Shown here in pieces: positions 1 through 12,630 of a stretch of DNA of 64,000 bases; position 1 is the first letter of the stretch, and every line of letters starts with the position of its first letter. The stretch spans positions 120,776,001 to 120,840,000 of the forward strand of contig OZ024744.1 in NCBI GenBank assembly GCA_964016885.1. Reading direction: 5' to 3'. The position numbers and the translations under genes were made by a program. Below the pieces are notes generated by a model. It did not search any database. It saw only the letters and a list, made by a program, of their open reading frames with translations, and had not been told where the DNA came from. This DNA is from Eledone cirrhosa (Eukaryota).

Positions 1-64
1 ACCACATGTCATAGTATCAGAGCTGTGATCTCTCAATTTAGAGATTCTTTCCTGAGACATTCTA

Positions 65-3000
65 ACCACATGTCATAGTATCAGAGCTGTGATCTCTCAA
101 TTCAGAGATTCTTTCCTGAGATATTCTAACCACATGTCATAGTATCAGAACTGTGATCTCTCAATTCAGAAATTCTTTGCTGAGACATTCAAACCACATG
201 TCATAGTATCAGAGCTGTGAACTCTGAATTCAGAGATTCTTTCCTGATACATTCTAACCACATGCCATAGTATAAGAGCTGTGATTTCTCAATTCAGAGA
301 TTCTTTCCTGAGACATTCTAAACACGTCATAGTATCAGAGCTGTAATATCTCAATTCAGAGATTCTTTCATGAGACATTCTAACCACATGTCATAGTATC
401 AGAGCTGTGATCTCTCAATTTAGATATTCTTTCCTGAGATATTCTAACCACATGTCATAGTATTAGAGCTGTGATCTCTCAATTCAGAGATTCTTTCCTG
501 AGACATTCTAACCACATGTCATAGTATCAGAGCAGTGATCTCTCAATTCAGAGATTCTTTCCTGAGACATTCTAACCACATGTCATAGTATCAGAACTGT
601 GATCTCTCAATTCAGAAATTCTTTCCTGAGACATTCTAACCACATGTCATAGTATCAGAACTGTGAACTCTCAATTCAGAGATTCTTTCCTGATACATTC
701 TAACCACATGTCATAGTATTAGAGCTGTGATCTCTCAATTCAGAGATTCTTTCCTGAGACATTCTAACCACGTCATAGTATCAGAGCTGTGATATCTCAA
801 TTCAGAGATTCTTTCATGAGACATTCTAACCACATGTCATAGTATCAGAGCTGTGATCTCTCAATTCAGAGATTCTTTCCTGAGAACTTCTAACCACATG
901 TCTGTAGTATCAGAGCTGTGATCTCTCAATTCAGAGATTCTTTCCTGAGATATTCTAACCACATGTCATAGTATCAGAGCTGTGATCTCTCAATTCAGAG
1001 ATTCTTTCCTGAGACATTCTAACCACATGTCATAGTATCAGAGCTGTGAACTCTCAATTCAGAGATTCTTTCCTGATACATTCTAACCACATGTCATAGT
1101 ATTAGAGCTGTGATCTCTCAATTCAGAGATTCTTTCCTGAGACATTCTAACCACGTCATAGTATCAGAGCTGTGATATCTCAATTCAGAGATTCTTTCAT
1201 GAGACCTTCTAACCACATGTCATAGTATTAGATCTGTGATCTCTCAATTCAGAGATTCTTTCCTGGGATATTCTAACCACATGTCATAGTATCAGAGCTG
1301 TGATCTCTCAATTCAGAGATTCTTTCCTGAGACATTCTAACCACATCTCATAGTCTAAGAGCTGTGATATCTCAATTCAGAGATTCTTTCCTGAGACATT
1401 CTAACCGCATGTCATAGAATCAGAGCTGTGATCTCTCAATTCAGAGATTCTTTCCTGAGACGTTCTAATCACATGTCATAGTATTAGAGCTGTAATCTCT
1501 CTATTCAGAGATTCTTTCCTGAGAAATTCTAACCTCATGTCTGTAGTATCAGAGCTGTGATCTCTCAATTCAGAGAATCTTTCCTGAGACATTCTAACTC
1601 CATGTCCACAGTATCAGAGCTGTGATCTCTCAATTCAGAGATTCTTTCCTGAGACATTCTAACCACATGTCATAGTATCAGTGCTGTGATCTCTCAATGT
1701 AGAGATTCTTTCCTGAGATATTCTAACCAGATGTCATAGTATCAGAGCTGTGATCTCTCAATTCAGAGATTCTTTCCTGGGATATTCTAAGCACATGTCA
1801 TAGTATCAGAGCTGTGATCTCTCAATTCAGATATTCTTTCCTGAGACATTCTAACCACATGTCATAGGATCAGAGTTGTGATCTCTCAATTCAGAGATTC
1901 TTTCCTGAGATATTCTAACCACATGTCATAGTATCAGAGCTGTGATCTCTCAATTCAGAGATTCTTTCCTGAGACATTCTAACCACATGTCATAGTATTA
2001 GAGCTGTGATCTCTCAATTCAGAGATTCTTTCCTGAGACATTCTAACCACATGTCATAGTATCAGAGCTGTGATCTCTCAATTTAGATATTCTTTCCTGA
2101 AATATTCTAACCACATGTCATAGTATTAGAGCTGTGATCTCTCAATTCAGAGATTCTTTCCTGAGACATTCTAAACCCTTGTCTGTAGTATCAGAGCTGT
2201 ATGCTCTCAATTCAGAGATTCTTTCCTCAGATATTCTAACCACATGTCATTGTATCAGAGCTGTGATCTCTCAATTCAGAGATTCTTTCATGAGACATTC
2301 TAACCACATGTCATAGTATCAGTGCTGTGATCTCTCAATATAGAGATTCTTTCCTGAGATATTCTAACCACATGTCATAGTATCAGAGCTGTGATCTCTC
2401 AAGTCAGAGATTCTTTCCTAGGATATTCTAACCACATGTCATAGTATCAGAGCTGTGATCTCTCAATTCAGATATTCTTTCCTGAGACATTCTAACCACA
2501 TGTCATAGGATCAGAGTTGTGATCTCTCAATTCAGAGATTCTTTCCTGAGATATTCTAACCACATGTCATAGTATCAGAGCTGTGATCTCTCAATTCAGA
2601 GATTCTTTCCTGAGACATTCTAACCACATGTCATAGTATTAGAGCTGTGATCTCTCAATTCAGAGATTCTTTCCTGAGACATTCTTACCACATGTCATAG
2701 TATCAGAGCTGTGATCTCTCAATTTAGAGATTCTTTCCTGAGACATTCTAACCACATGTCATAGTATCAGAGCTGTGATCTCTCAATTCAGAGATTCTTT
2801 CCTGAGACATTCTCACCACATGTCATAGTATCAGAGCTGTGATATATCAATTCAGAGATTCTTTCCTGATATATTCTAACCACATGTCACAGTATCAGAG
2901 CTGTGATCTCTCAATTCAGAGATTCTTTCCTAAGAACTTCTAACCACATGTCTGTAGTATCAGAGCTGTGATCACTCAATTCAGAGATTCTTTCCTGAGA

Positions 3001-4983
3001 TATTCTAACCACATGTCATAGTATCAGAGCTGTGATCTCTCAATTCAGAGATTCTTTCCTGAGATATTCTAACCACATGTCATAGTATCAGAACTGTGAT
3101 CTCTCAATTCAGAAATTCTTTGCTGAGACATTCAAACCACATGTCATAGTATCAGAGCTGTGAACTCTGAATTCAGAGATTCTTTCCTGATACATTCTAA
3201 CCACATGCCATAGTATAAGAGCTGTGATTTCTCAATTCAGAGATTCTTTCCTGAGACATTCTAAACACGTCATAGTATCAGAGCTGTAATATCTCAATTC
3301 AGAGATTCTTTCATGAGACATTCTAACCACATGTCATAGTATCAGAGCTGTGATCTCTCAATTTAGATATTCTTTCCTGAGATATTCTAACCACATGTCA
3401 TAGTATTAGAGCTGTGATCTCTCAATTCAGAGATTCTTTCCTGAGACATTCTAACCACATGTCATAGTATCAGAGCAGTGATCTCTCAATTCAGAGATTC
3501 TTTCCTGAGACATTCTAACCACATGTCATAGTATCAGAACTGTGATCTCTCAATTCAGAAATTCTTTCCTGAGACATTCTAACCACATGTCATAGTATCA
3601 GAGCTGTGAACTCTCAATTCAGAGATTCTTTCCTGATACATTCTAACCACATGTCATAGTATTAGAGCTGTGATCTCTCAATTCAGAGATTCTTTCCTGA
3701 GACATTCTAACCACGTCATAGTATCAGAGCTGTGATATCTCAATTCAGAGATTCTTTCATGAGACATTCTAACCACATGTCATAGTATCAGAGCTGTGAT
3801 CTCTCAATTCAGAGATTCTTTCCTGAGAACTTCTAACCACATGTCTGTAGTATCAGAGCTGTGATCTCTCAATTCAGAGATTCTTTCCTGAGATATTCTA
3901 ACCACATGTCATAGTATCAGAGCTGTGATCTCTCAATTCAGAGATTCTTTCCTGAGACATTCTAACCACATGTCATAGTATCAGAGCTGTGAACTCTCAA
4001 TTCAGAGATTCTTTCCTGATACATTCTAACCACATGTCATAGTATTAGAGCTGTGATCTCTCAATTCAGAGATTCTTTCCTGAGACATTCTAACCACGTC
4101 ATAGTATCAGAGCTGTGATATTTCAATTCAGAGATTCTTTCATGAGACCTTCTAACCACATGTCATAGTATTAGATCTGTGATCTCTCAATTCAGAGATT
4201 CTTTCCTGGGATATTCTAACCACATGTCATAGTATCAGAGCTGTGATCTCTCAATTCAGAGATTCTTTCCTGAGACATTCTAACCACATCTCATAGTCTA
4301 AGAGCTGTGATATCTCAATTCAGAGATTCTTTCCTGAGACATTCTAACCGCATGTCGTAGAATCAGAGCTGTGATCTCTCAATTCAGAGATTCTTTCCTG
4401 AGACGTTCTAATCACATGTCATAGTATTAGAGCTGTAATCTCTCAATTCCGAGATTCTTTCCTGAGAAATTCTAACCTCATGTCTGTAGTATCAGAGCTG
4501 TGATCTCTCAATTCAGAGAATCTTTCCTGAGACATTCTAACTCCATGTCCACAGTATCAGAGCTGTGATCTCTCAATTCAGAGATTCTTTCCTGAGACAT
4601 TCTAACCACATGTCATAGTATCAGTGCTGTGATCTCTCAATGTAGAGATTCTTTCCTGAGATGTTCTAACCAGATGTCATAGTATCAGAGCTGTGATCTC
4701 TCAATTCAGAGATTCTTTCCTGGGATATTCTAAGCACATGTCATAGTATCAGAGCTGTGATCTCTCAATTCAGATATTCTTTCCTGAGACATTCTAACCA
4801 CATGTCATAGGATCAGAGTTGTGATCTCTCAATTCAGAGATTCTTTCCTGAGATATTCTAACCACATGTCATAGTATCAGAGCTGTGATCTCTCAATTCA
4901 GAGATTCTTTCCTGAGACATTCTAACCACATGTCATAGTATTAGAGCTGTGATCTCTCAATTCAGAGATTCTTTCCTGAGACA
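65..4983. repeat. Block duplication within the array, offset 2943 bp (46 monomers): ~65-2040 repeated at ~3008-4983
   Basis: Rare variants recur at +2943: TTTGCTGAGACATTCAAA (G at 179/3122), CTCTGAATTCAGAG (222/3165), ATAGGATCAGAGTTG (1867/4810). Confidence 0.9.
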
Positions 4984-4989
4984 TTCGTA

Positions 4990-7900
4990 CCACATGTCAT
5001 AGTATCAGAGCTGTGATCTCTCAATTCAGAGATTCTTTCCTGAGACATTCTATCCACGTCATAGTATCAGAGCTGTGATATCTCAATTCAGAGATTCTTT
5101 CATGAGACATTCTAACCACATGTCATAGTATCAGAGCTGTGATCTCTCAATTCAGAGATTCTTTCCTGAGACATTCTAACCACATCTCATTGTATCGGAG
5201 CTGTGATCTCTCAATTCAGAGATACTTTCCTGAGACATTCTAACCTCATGTCTGTAGTATCAGAGCTGTGATCTCTCAATTCAGAGATTCTTTCCTGAGA
5301 CATTCTAACCACATGTCATAGTATCAGAGTTGTGATCTCTCAATTTAGATATTCTTTCCTGAAATATTCTAACCACATGTCATAGTATTAGAGCTGTGAT
5401 CTCTCAATTCAGAGATTCTTTCCTGAGACATTCTAACCCCTTGTCTGTAGTATCAGAGCTGTATGCTCTCAATTCAGAGATTCTTTCCTCAGATATTCTA
5501 ACCACATGTCATTGTATCAGAGCTGTGATCTCTCAATTCAGAGATTCTTTCATGAGACATTCTAACCACATGTCATAGTATCAGAGCTGTGATCTCTCAA
5601 TTCAGAGATTCTTTCCTGAGACATTCTAACCACATGTCATAGAATCAGAGCTGTGATCTCTCAATTCAGAGATTCTTTCCTGAGACATTCTTACCACATG
5701 TCATAGTATCAGAGCTGTGATCTCTCAATTCAGAGATTCTTTCCTGAGACATTCTAACTCCATGTCCACAGTATCAGAGCTGTGATCTCCCAATTCAGAG
5801 ATTCTTTCCTGAGATATTCTAACAACATGTCATAGTATCAGAGCTGTGATCTCTCAATTCAGAGATTCTTTCCTGAGACATTCTAACCACATCTCATTGT
5901 ATCGGAGCTGTGATCTCTCAATTCAGAGATTCTTTCCTGAGACATTCTAACCACATGTCATAGTATCAGAGCTGTGATCTCTCAATTCAGAGATTCTTTC
6001 CTGAGAAATTCTAACCTCATGTCTGTAGTATCAGAGCTGTGATCTCTCAATTCAGAGATTCTTTCCTGAGACATTCTAACCACATGTCATAGTATCAGAG
6101 CTGTGATCTCTCAATTTAGATATTCTTTCCTGAAATATTCTAACCACATGTCATAGTATTAGAGCTGTGATCTCTCAATTCAGAGATTCTTTCCCGAGAC
6201 GTTCTAACCCCTTGTCTGTAGTATCAGAGCTGTATGCTCTCAATTCAGAGATTCTTTCCTGAGACTTTCTAACCACATGTCAGTGTATCGGAGCTGTGAT
6301 CTCTCAATTCAGAGATTCTTTCCTGAGACATTCTAACCACATGTCATAGTATCAGAGCTGTGATCTCTCAATTCAGAGATTCTTTCCTCAGACATTCTAA
6401 GCACATGTCATAGTATCAGACCTGTGATCTCTCAATTCAGAGATTATTTCCTGAGAAATTCTAACCTCATGTCTGTAGTCTCAGAGCTGTGATCTCTCAA
6501 TTCAGAGATTCTTTCCTGAGACATTCTAACAACATGTCATAATATCAGAGCTATGATCTCTCAATTCAGAGATTCTTTCCTGAGACATTCTAACCACATG
6601 TCTGTAGTATCAGAGCTGTGATGTCTCAATTCAGAGATTCTTTCCTGATACATTCTAACCACATGTCATAGTATCAGAGCTGTGATCTCTCAATTCAGAG
6701 ATTCTTTACTGAGACATTCTAACCACGTCATAGTATCAGAGCTGTGATATCTCAATTCAAAGATTCTTTCCTGAGACATTCTAACCACATGTCATAGTAT
6801 CAGAGCTGTGATTTCTAAATTTAGATATTCTTTCCTGAGATATTCTAACCACATGTCATAATATTCGAGCTGTGATATCTCAATTCAGAGATTCTTTCCT
6901 GAGATATTCTAACCACATGTCATTGTATCAGAGCTGTGATCTCTCAATTCAGAGATTCTTTCATGAGACATTCTAACCACATGTCATAGTATCAGAGCTG
7001 TGATCTCTCAATTCAGAGATTCTTTCCTGAGACATTCTAACCACATGTCATAGAATCAGAGCTGTGATCTCTCAATTCAGAGATTCTTTCCTGAGAAATT
7101 CTAACCTCATGCCTGTAGTCTCAGAGCTGTGATCTCTCAATTCAGAGATTCTTTCCTGAGACATTCTAACTCCATGTCCACAGTATCAGAGCTGTGATCT
7201 CTCAATTCAGAGATTCTTTCCTGAGATATTCTAACAACATGTCATAATATCAGAGCTATGATCTCTCAATTCAGAGATTCTTTCCTGAGACATTCTAACC
7301 ACATGTCTGTAGTATCAGAGCTGTGATGTCTCAATTCAGAGATTCTTTCCTGATACATTCTAACCACATGTCATAGTATCAGAGCTGTGATCTCTCAATT
7401 CAGAGATTCTTTACTGAGACATTCTAACCACGTCATAGTATCAGAGCTGTGATATCTCAATTCAAAGATTCTTTCCTGAGACATTCTAACCACATGTCAT
7501 AGTATCAGAGCTGTGATTTCTCAATTTAGATATTCTTTCCTGAGATATTCTAACCACATGTCATAATATTAGAGCTGTGATATCTCAATTCAGAGATTCT
7601 TTCCTGAGATATTCTAACCACATGTCATTGTATCAGAGCTGTGATCTCTCAATTCAGAGATTCTTTCATGAGACATTCTAACCACATGTCATAGTATCAG
7701 AGCTGTGATCTCTCAATTCAGAGATTCTTTCCTGAGACATTCTAACCACATGTCATAGAATCAGAGCTGTGATCTCTCAATTCAGAGATTCTTTCCTGAG
7801 AACTTCTAACCACATGTCTGTAGTATCAGAGCTGTGATCTCTCAATTCAGAGATTCTTTCCTGAGACATTCTAACCACATGTCATAGTAGCAGATCTGTG

Positions 7901-10900
7901 ATGTCTCAATTCAGAGATTCCTTCCTGGGATATTCTAACCACATGTCATAGTATCAGAGCTGTGATCTCTCAATTCAGAGATTCTTTCCTGAGACATTCT
8001 AACCACATCTCATTGTATCGGAGCTGTGATCTCTCAATTCAGAGATTCTTTCCTGAGACATTCTAACCACATGTCATAGTATCAGAGCTGTGATCTCTCA
8101 ATTCAGAGATTCTTTCCTGAGAAATTCTAACCTCATGTCCGTAGTATCAGAGCTGTGATCTCTCAATTCAGAGATTCTTTCCTGAGACATTCTAACCACA
8201 TGTCATATTATCAGAGCTGTGATCTCTCAATTTAGATATTCTTTCCTGAAATATTCTAACCACATGTCATAGTATTAGAGCTGTGATCTCTCAATTCAGA
8301 GATTCTTTCCTGAGACATTCTAACCCCTTGTCTGTAGTATCAGAGCTGTATGCTCTCAATTCAGAGATTCTTTCCTGAGACTTTCTAACCACATGTCATT
8401 GTATCGGAGCTGTGATCTCTCAATTCAGAGATTCTTTCCTGAGACATTCTAACCACATCTCATTGTATCGGAGCTGTGATCTCTCAATTCAGAGATTCTT
8501 TCCTGAGACATTCTATCCACGTCATAGTATCAGAGCTGTGATATCTCAATTCAGAGATTCTTTCATGAGACATTCTAACCACATGTCATAGTATCAGAGC
8601 TGTGATCTCTCAATTCAGAGATTCTTTCCTGAGACATTCTAACCACATCTCATTGTATCGGAGCTGTGATCTCTCAATTCAGAGATACTTTCCTGAGACA
8701 TTCTAACCTCATGTCTGTAGTATCAGAGCTGTGATCTCTCAATTCAGAGATTCTTTCCTGAGACATTCTAACCACATGTCATAGTATCAGAGTTGTGATC
8801 TCTCAATTTAGATATTCTTTCCTGAAATATTCTAACCACATGTCATAGTATTAGAGCTGTGATCTCTCAATTCAGAGATTCTTTCCTGAGACATTCTAAC
8901 CCCTTGTCTGTAGTATCAGAGCTGTATGCTCTCAATTCAGAGATTCTTTCCTCAGATATTCTAACCACATGTCATTGTATCAGAGCTGTGATCTCTCAAT
9001 TCAGAGATTCTTTCATGAGACATTCTAACCACATGTCATAGTATCAGAGCTGTGATCTCTCAATTCAGAGATTCTTTCCTGAGACATTCTAACCACATGT
9101 CATAGAATCAGAGCTGTGATCTCTCAATTCAGAGATTCTTTCCTGAGACATTCTTACCACATGTCATAGTATCAGAGCTGTGATCTCTCAATTCAGAGAT
9201 TCTTTCCTGAGACATTCTAACTCCATGTCCACAGTATCAGAGCTGTGATCTCCCAATTCAGAGATTCTTTCCTGAGATATTCTAACAACATGTCATAGTA
9301 TCAGAGCTGTGATCTCTCAATTCAGAGATTCTTTCCTGAGACATTCTAACCACATCTCATTGTATCGGAGCTGTGATCTCTCAATTCAGAGATTCTTTCC
9401 TGAGACATTCTAACCACATGTCATAGTATCAGAGCTGTGATCTCTCAATTCAGAGATTCTTTCCTGAGAAATTCTAACCTCATGTCTGTAGTATCAGAGC
9501 TGTGATCTCTCAATTCAGAGATTCTTTCCTGAGACATTCTAACCACATGTCATAGTATCAGAGCTGTGATCTCTCAATTTAGATATTCTTTCCTGAAATA
9601 TTCTAACCACATGTCATAGTATTAGAGCTGTGATCTCTCAATTCAGAGATTCTTTCCCGAGACGTTCTAACCCCTTGTCTGTAGTATCAGAGCTGTATGC
9701 TCTCAATTCAGAGATTCTTTCCTGAGACTTTCTAACCACATGTCAGTGTATCGGAGCTGTGATCTCTCAATTCAGAGATTCTTTCCTGAGACATTCTAAC
9801 CACATGTCATAGTATCAGAGCTGTGATCTCTCAATTCAGAGATTCTTTCCTCAGACATTCTAAGCACATGTCATAGTATCAGACCTGTGATCTCTCAATT
9901 CAGAGATTATTTCCTGAGAAATTCTAACCTCATGTCTGTAGTCTCAGAGCTGTGATCTCTCAATTCAGAGATTCTTTCCTGAGACATTCTAACAACATGT
10001 CATAATATCAGAGCTATGATCTCTCAATTCAGAGATTCTTTCCTGAGACATTCTAACCACATGTCTGTAGTATCAGAGCTGTGATGTCTCAATTCAGAGA
10101 TTCTTTCCTGATACATTCTAACCACATGTCATAGTATCAGAGCTGTGATCTCTCAATTCAGAGATTCTTTACTGAGACATTCTAACCACGTCATAGTATC
10201 AGAGCTGTGATATCTCAATTCAAAGATTCTTTCCTGAGACATTCTAACCACATGTCATAGTATCAGAGCTGTGATTTCTAAATTTAGATATTCTTTCCTG
10301 AGATATTCTAACCACATGTCATAATATTCGAGCTGTGATATCTCAATTCAGAGATTCTTTCCTGAGATATTCTAACCACATGTCATTGTATCAGAGCTGT
10401 GATCTCTCAATTCAGAGATTCTTTCATGAGACATTCTAACCACATGTCATAGTATCAGAGCTGTGATCTCTCAATTCAGAGATTCTTTCCTGAGACATTC
10501 TAACCACATGTCATAGAATCAGAGCTGTGATCTCTCAATTCAGAGATTCTTTCCTGAGAAATTCTAACCTCATGCCTGTAGTCTCAGAGCTGTGATCTCT
10601 CAATTCAGAGATTCTTTCCTGAGACATTCTAACTCCATGTCCACAGTATCAGAGCTGTGATCTCTCAATTCAGAGATTCTTTCCTGAGATATTCTAACAA
10701 CATGTCATAATATCAGAGCTATGATCTCTCAATTCAGAGATTCTTTCCTGAGACATTCTAACCACATGTCTGTAGTATCAGAGCTGTGATGTCTCAATTC
10801 AGAGATTCTTTCCTGATACATTCTAACCACATGTCATAGTATCAGAGCTGTGATCTCTCAATTCAGAGATTCTTTACTGAGACATTCTAACCACGTCATA

Positions 10901-11921
10901 GTATCAGAGCTGTGATATCTCAATTCAAAGATTCTTTCCTGAGACATTCTAACCACATGTCATAGTATCAGAGCTGTGATTTCTCAATTTAGATATTCTT
11001 TCCTGAGATATTCTAACCACATGTCATAATATTAGAGCTGTGATATCTCAATTCAGAGATTCTTTCCTGAGATATTCTAACCACATGTCATTGTATCAGA
11101 GCTGTGATCTCTCAATTCAGAGATTCTTTCATGAGACATTCTAACCACATGTCATAGTATCAGAGCTGTGATCTCTCAATTCAGAGATTCTTTCCTGAGA
11201 CATTCTAACCACATGTCATAGAATCAGAGCTGTGATCTCTCAATTCAGAGATTCTTTCCTGAGAACTTCTAACCACATGTCTGTAGTATCAGAGCTGTGA
11301 TCTCTCAATTCAGAGATTCTTTCCTGAGACATTCTAACCACATGTCATAGTAGCAGATCTGTGATGTCTCAATTCAGAGATTCCTTCCTGGGATATTCTA
11401 ACCACATGTCATAGTATCAGAGCTGTGATCTCTCAATTCAGAGATTCTTTCCTGAGACATTCTAACCACATCTCATTGTATCGGAGCTGTGATCTCTCAA
11501 TTCAGAGATTCTTTCCTGAGACATTCTAACCACATGTCATAGTATCAGAGCTGTGATCTCTCAATTCAGAGATTCTTTCCTGAGAAATTCTAACCTCATG
11601 TCCGTAGTATCAGAGCTGTGATCTCTCAATTCAGAGATTCTTTCCTGAGACATTCTAACCACATGTCATATTATCAGAGCTGTGATCTCTCAATTTAGAT
11701 ATTCTTTCCTGAAATATTCTAACCACATGTCATAGTATTAGAGCTGTGATCTCTCAATTCAGAGATTCTTTCCTGAGACATTCTAACCCCTTGTCTGTAG
11801 TATCAGAGCTGTATGCTCTCAATTCAGAGATTCTTTCCTGAGACTTTCTAACCACATGTCATTGTATCGGAGCTGTGATCTCTCAATTCAGAGATTCTTT
11901 CCTGAGACATTCTAACCACAT
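4990..11921. repeat. Near-perfect tandem duplication, unit 3463 bp (54 monomers), 2 copies
   Basis: TATCCACGTC at 5051/8514, TTCCCGAGACGTT at 6191/9654 and the identical ORFs at 5396/8859 are all offset by 3463. Confidence 0.93.
6480..7800. repeat. Nested duplication, offset 705 bp (11 monomers), inside the 3463-bp unit (also present at +3463)
   Basis: AACATGTCATAATATCAGAGCTATG at 6531/7236; the following TTTACTGAG, CAAAG and TAATATT variant monomers recur in the same order. Confidence 0.85.
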
Positions 11922-12630
11922 GTCATAGTATCAGAGCTGTGATCTCTCAATTCAGAGATTCTTTCCCCAGACATTCTAAGCACATGTCATAGTAGCAGAT
12001 CTGTGATGTCTCAATTCAGAGATTCCTTCCTGGGATATTTTAACCACATGTCATAGTATCAGAGCTGTGATCTCTCAATTCAGAGATTCTTTCCTGAGAC
12101 ATTCTAACCACATCTCATTGTATCGGAGCTGTGATCTCTCAATTCAGAGATTCTTTCCTGAGACATTCTAACCACATGTCATAGTATCAGAGCTGTGATC
12201 TCTCAATTCAGAGATTCTTTCCTGAGAAATTCTAACCTCATGTCCGTAGTATCAGAGCTGTGATCTCTCAATTCAGAGATTCTTTCCTGAGACATTCTAA
12301 CCACATGTCATATTATCAGAGCTGTGATCTCTCAATTTAGATATTCTTTCCTGAAATATTCTAACCACATGTCATAGTATTAGAGCTGTGATCTCTCAAT
12401 TCAGAGATTCTTTCCTGAGACATTCTAACCCCTTGTCTGTAGTATCAGAGCTGTATGCTCTCAATTCAGAGATTCTTTCCTGAGACTTTCTAACCACATG
12501 TCATTGTATCGGAGCTGTGATCTCTCAATTCAGAGATTCTTTCCTGAGACATTCTAACCACATGTCATAGTATCAGAGCTGTGATCTCTCAATTCAGAGA
12601 TTCTTTCCCCAGACATTCTAAGCACATGTC
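11345..12630. repeat. Tandem duplication, unit 642 bp (10 monomers)
   Basis: TAGCAGATCTGTGATGTC...TTCCTTCCTGGG at 11351/11993 and TCCGTAG at 11601/12243. Confidence 0.85.

Noticed and set aside
2134-2316. 60-aa ORF
   Set aside because: It spans about three satellite monomers, begins at a GTG, and is open only because variants remove stop codons; no recognisable protein.
5396-5578. 60-aa ORF, second copy
   Set aside because: Same chance read-through; the similarity reflects duplication of satellite blocks.
8859-9041. 60-aa ORF, third copy
   Set aside because: Exact copy produced by the 3463-bp tandem duplication.
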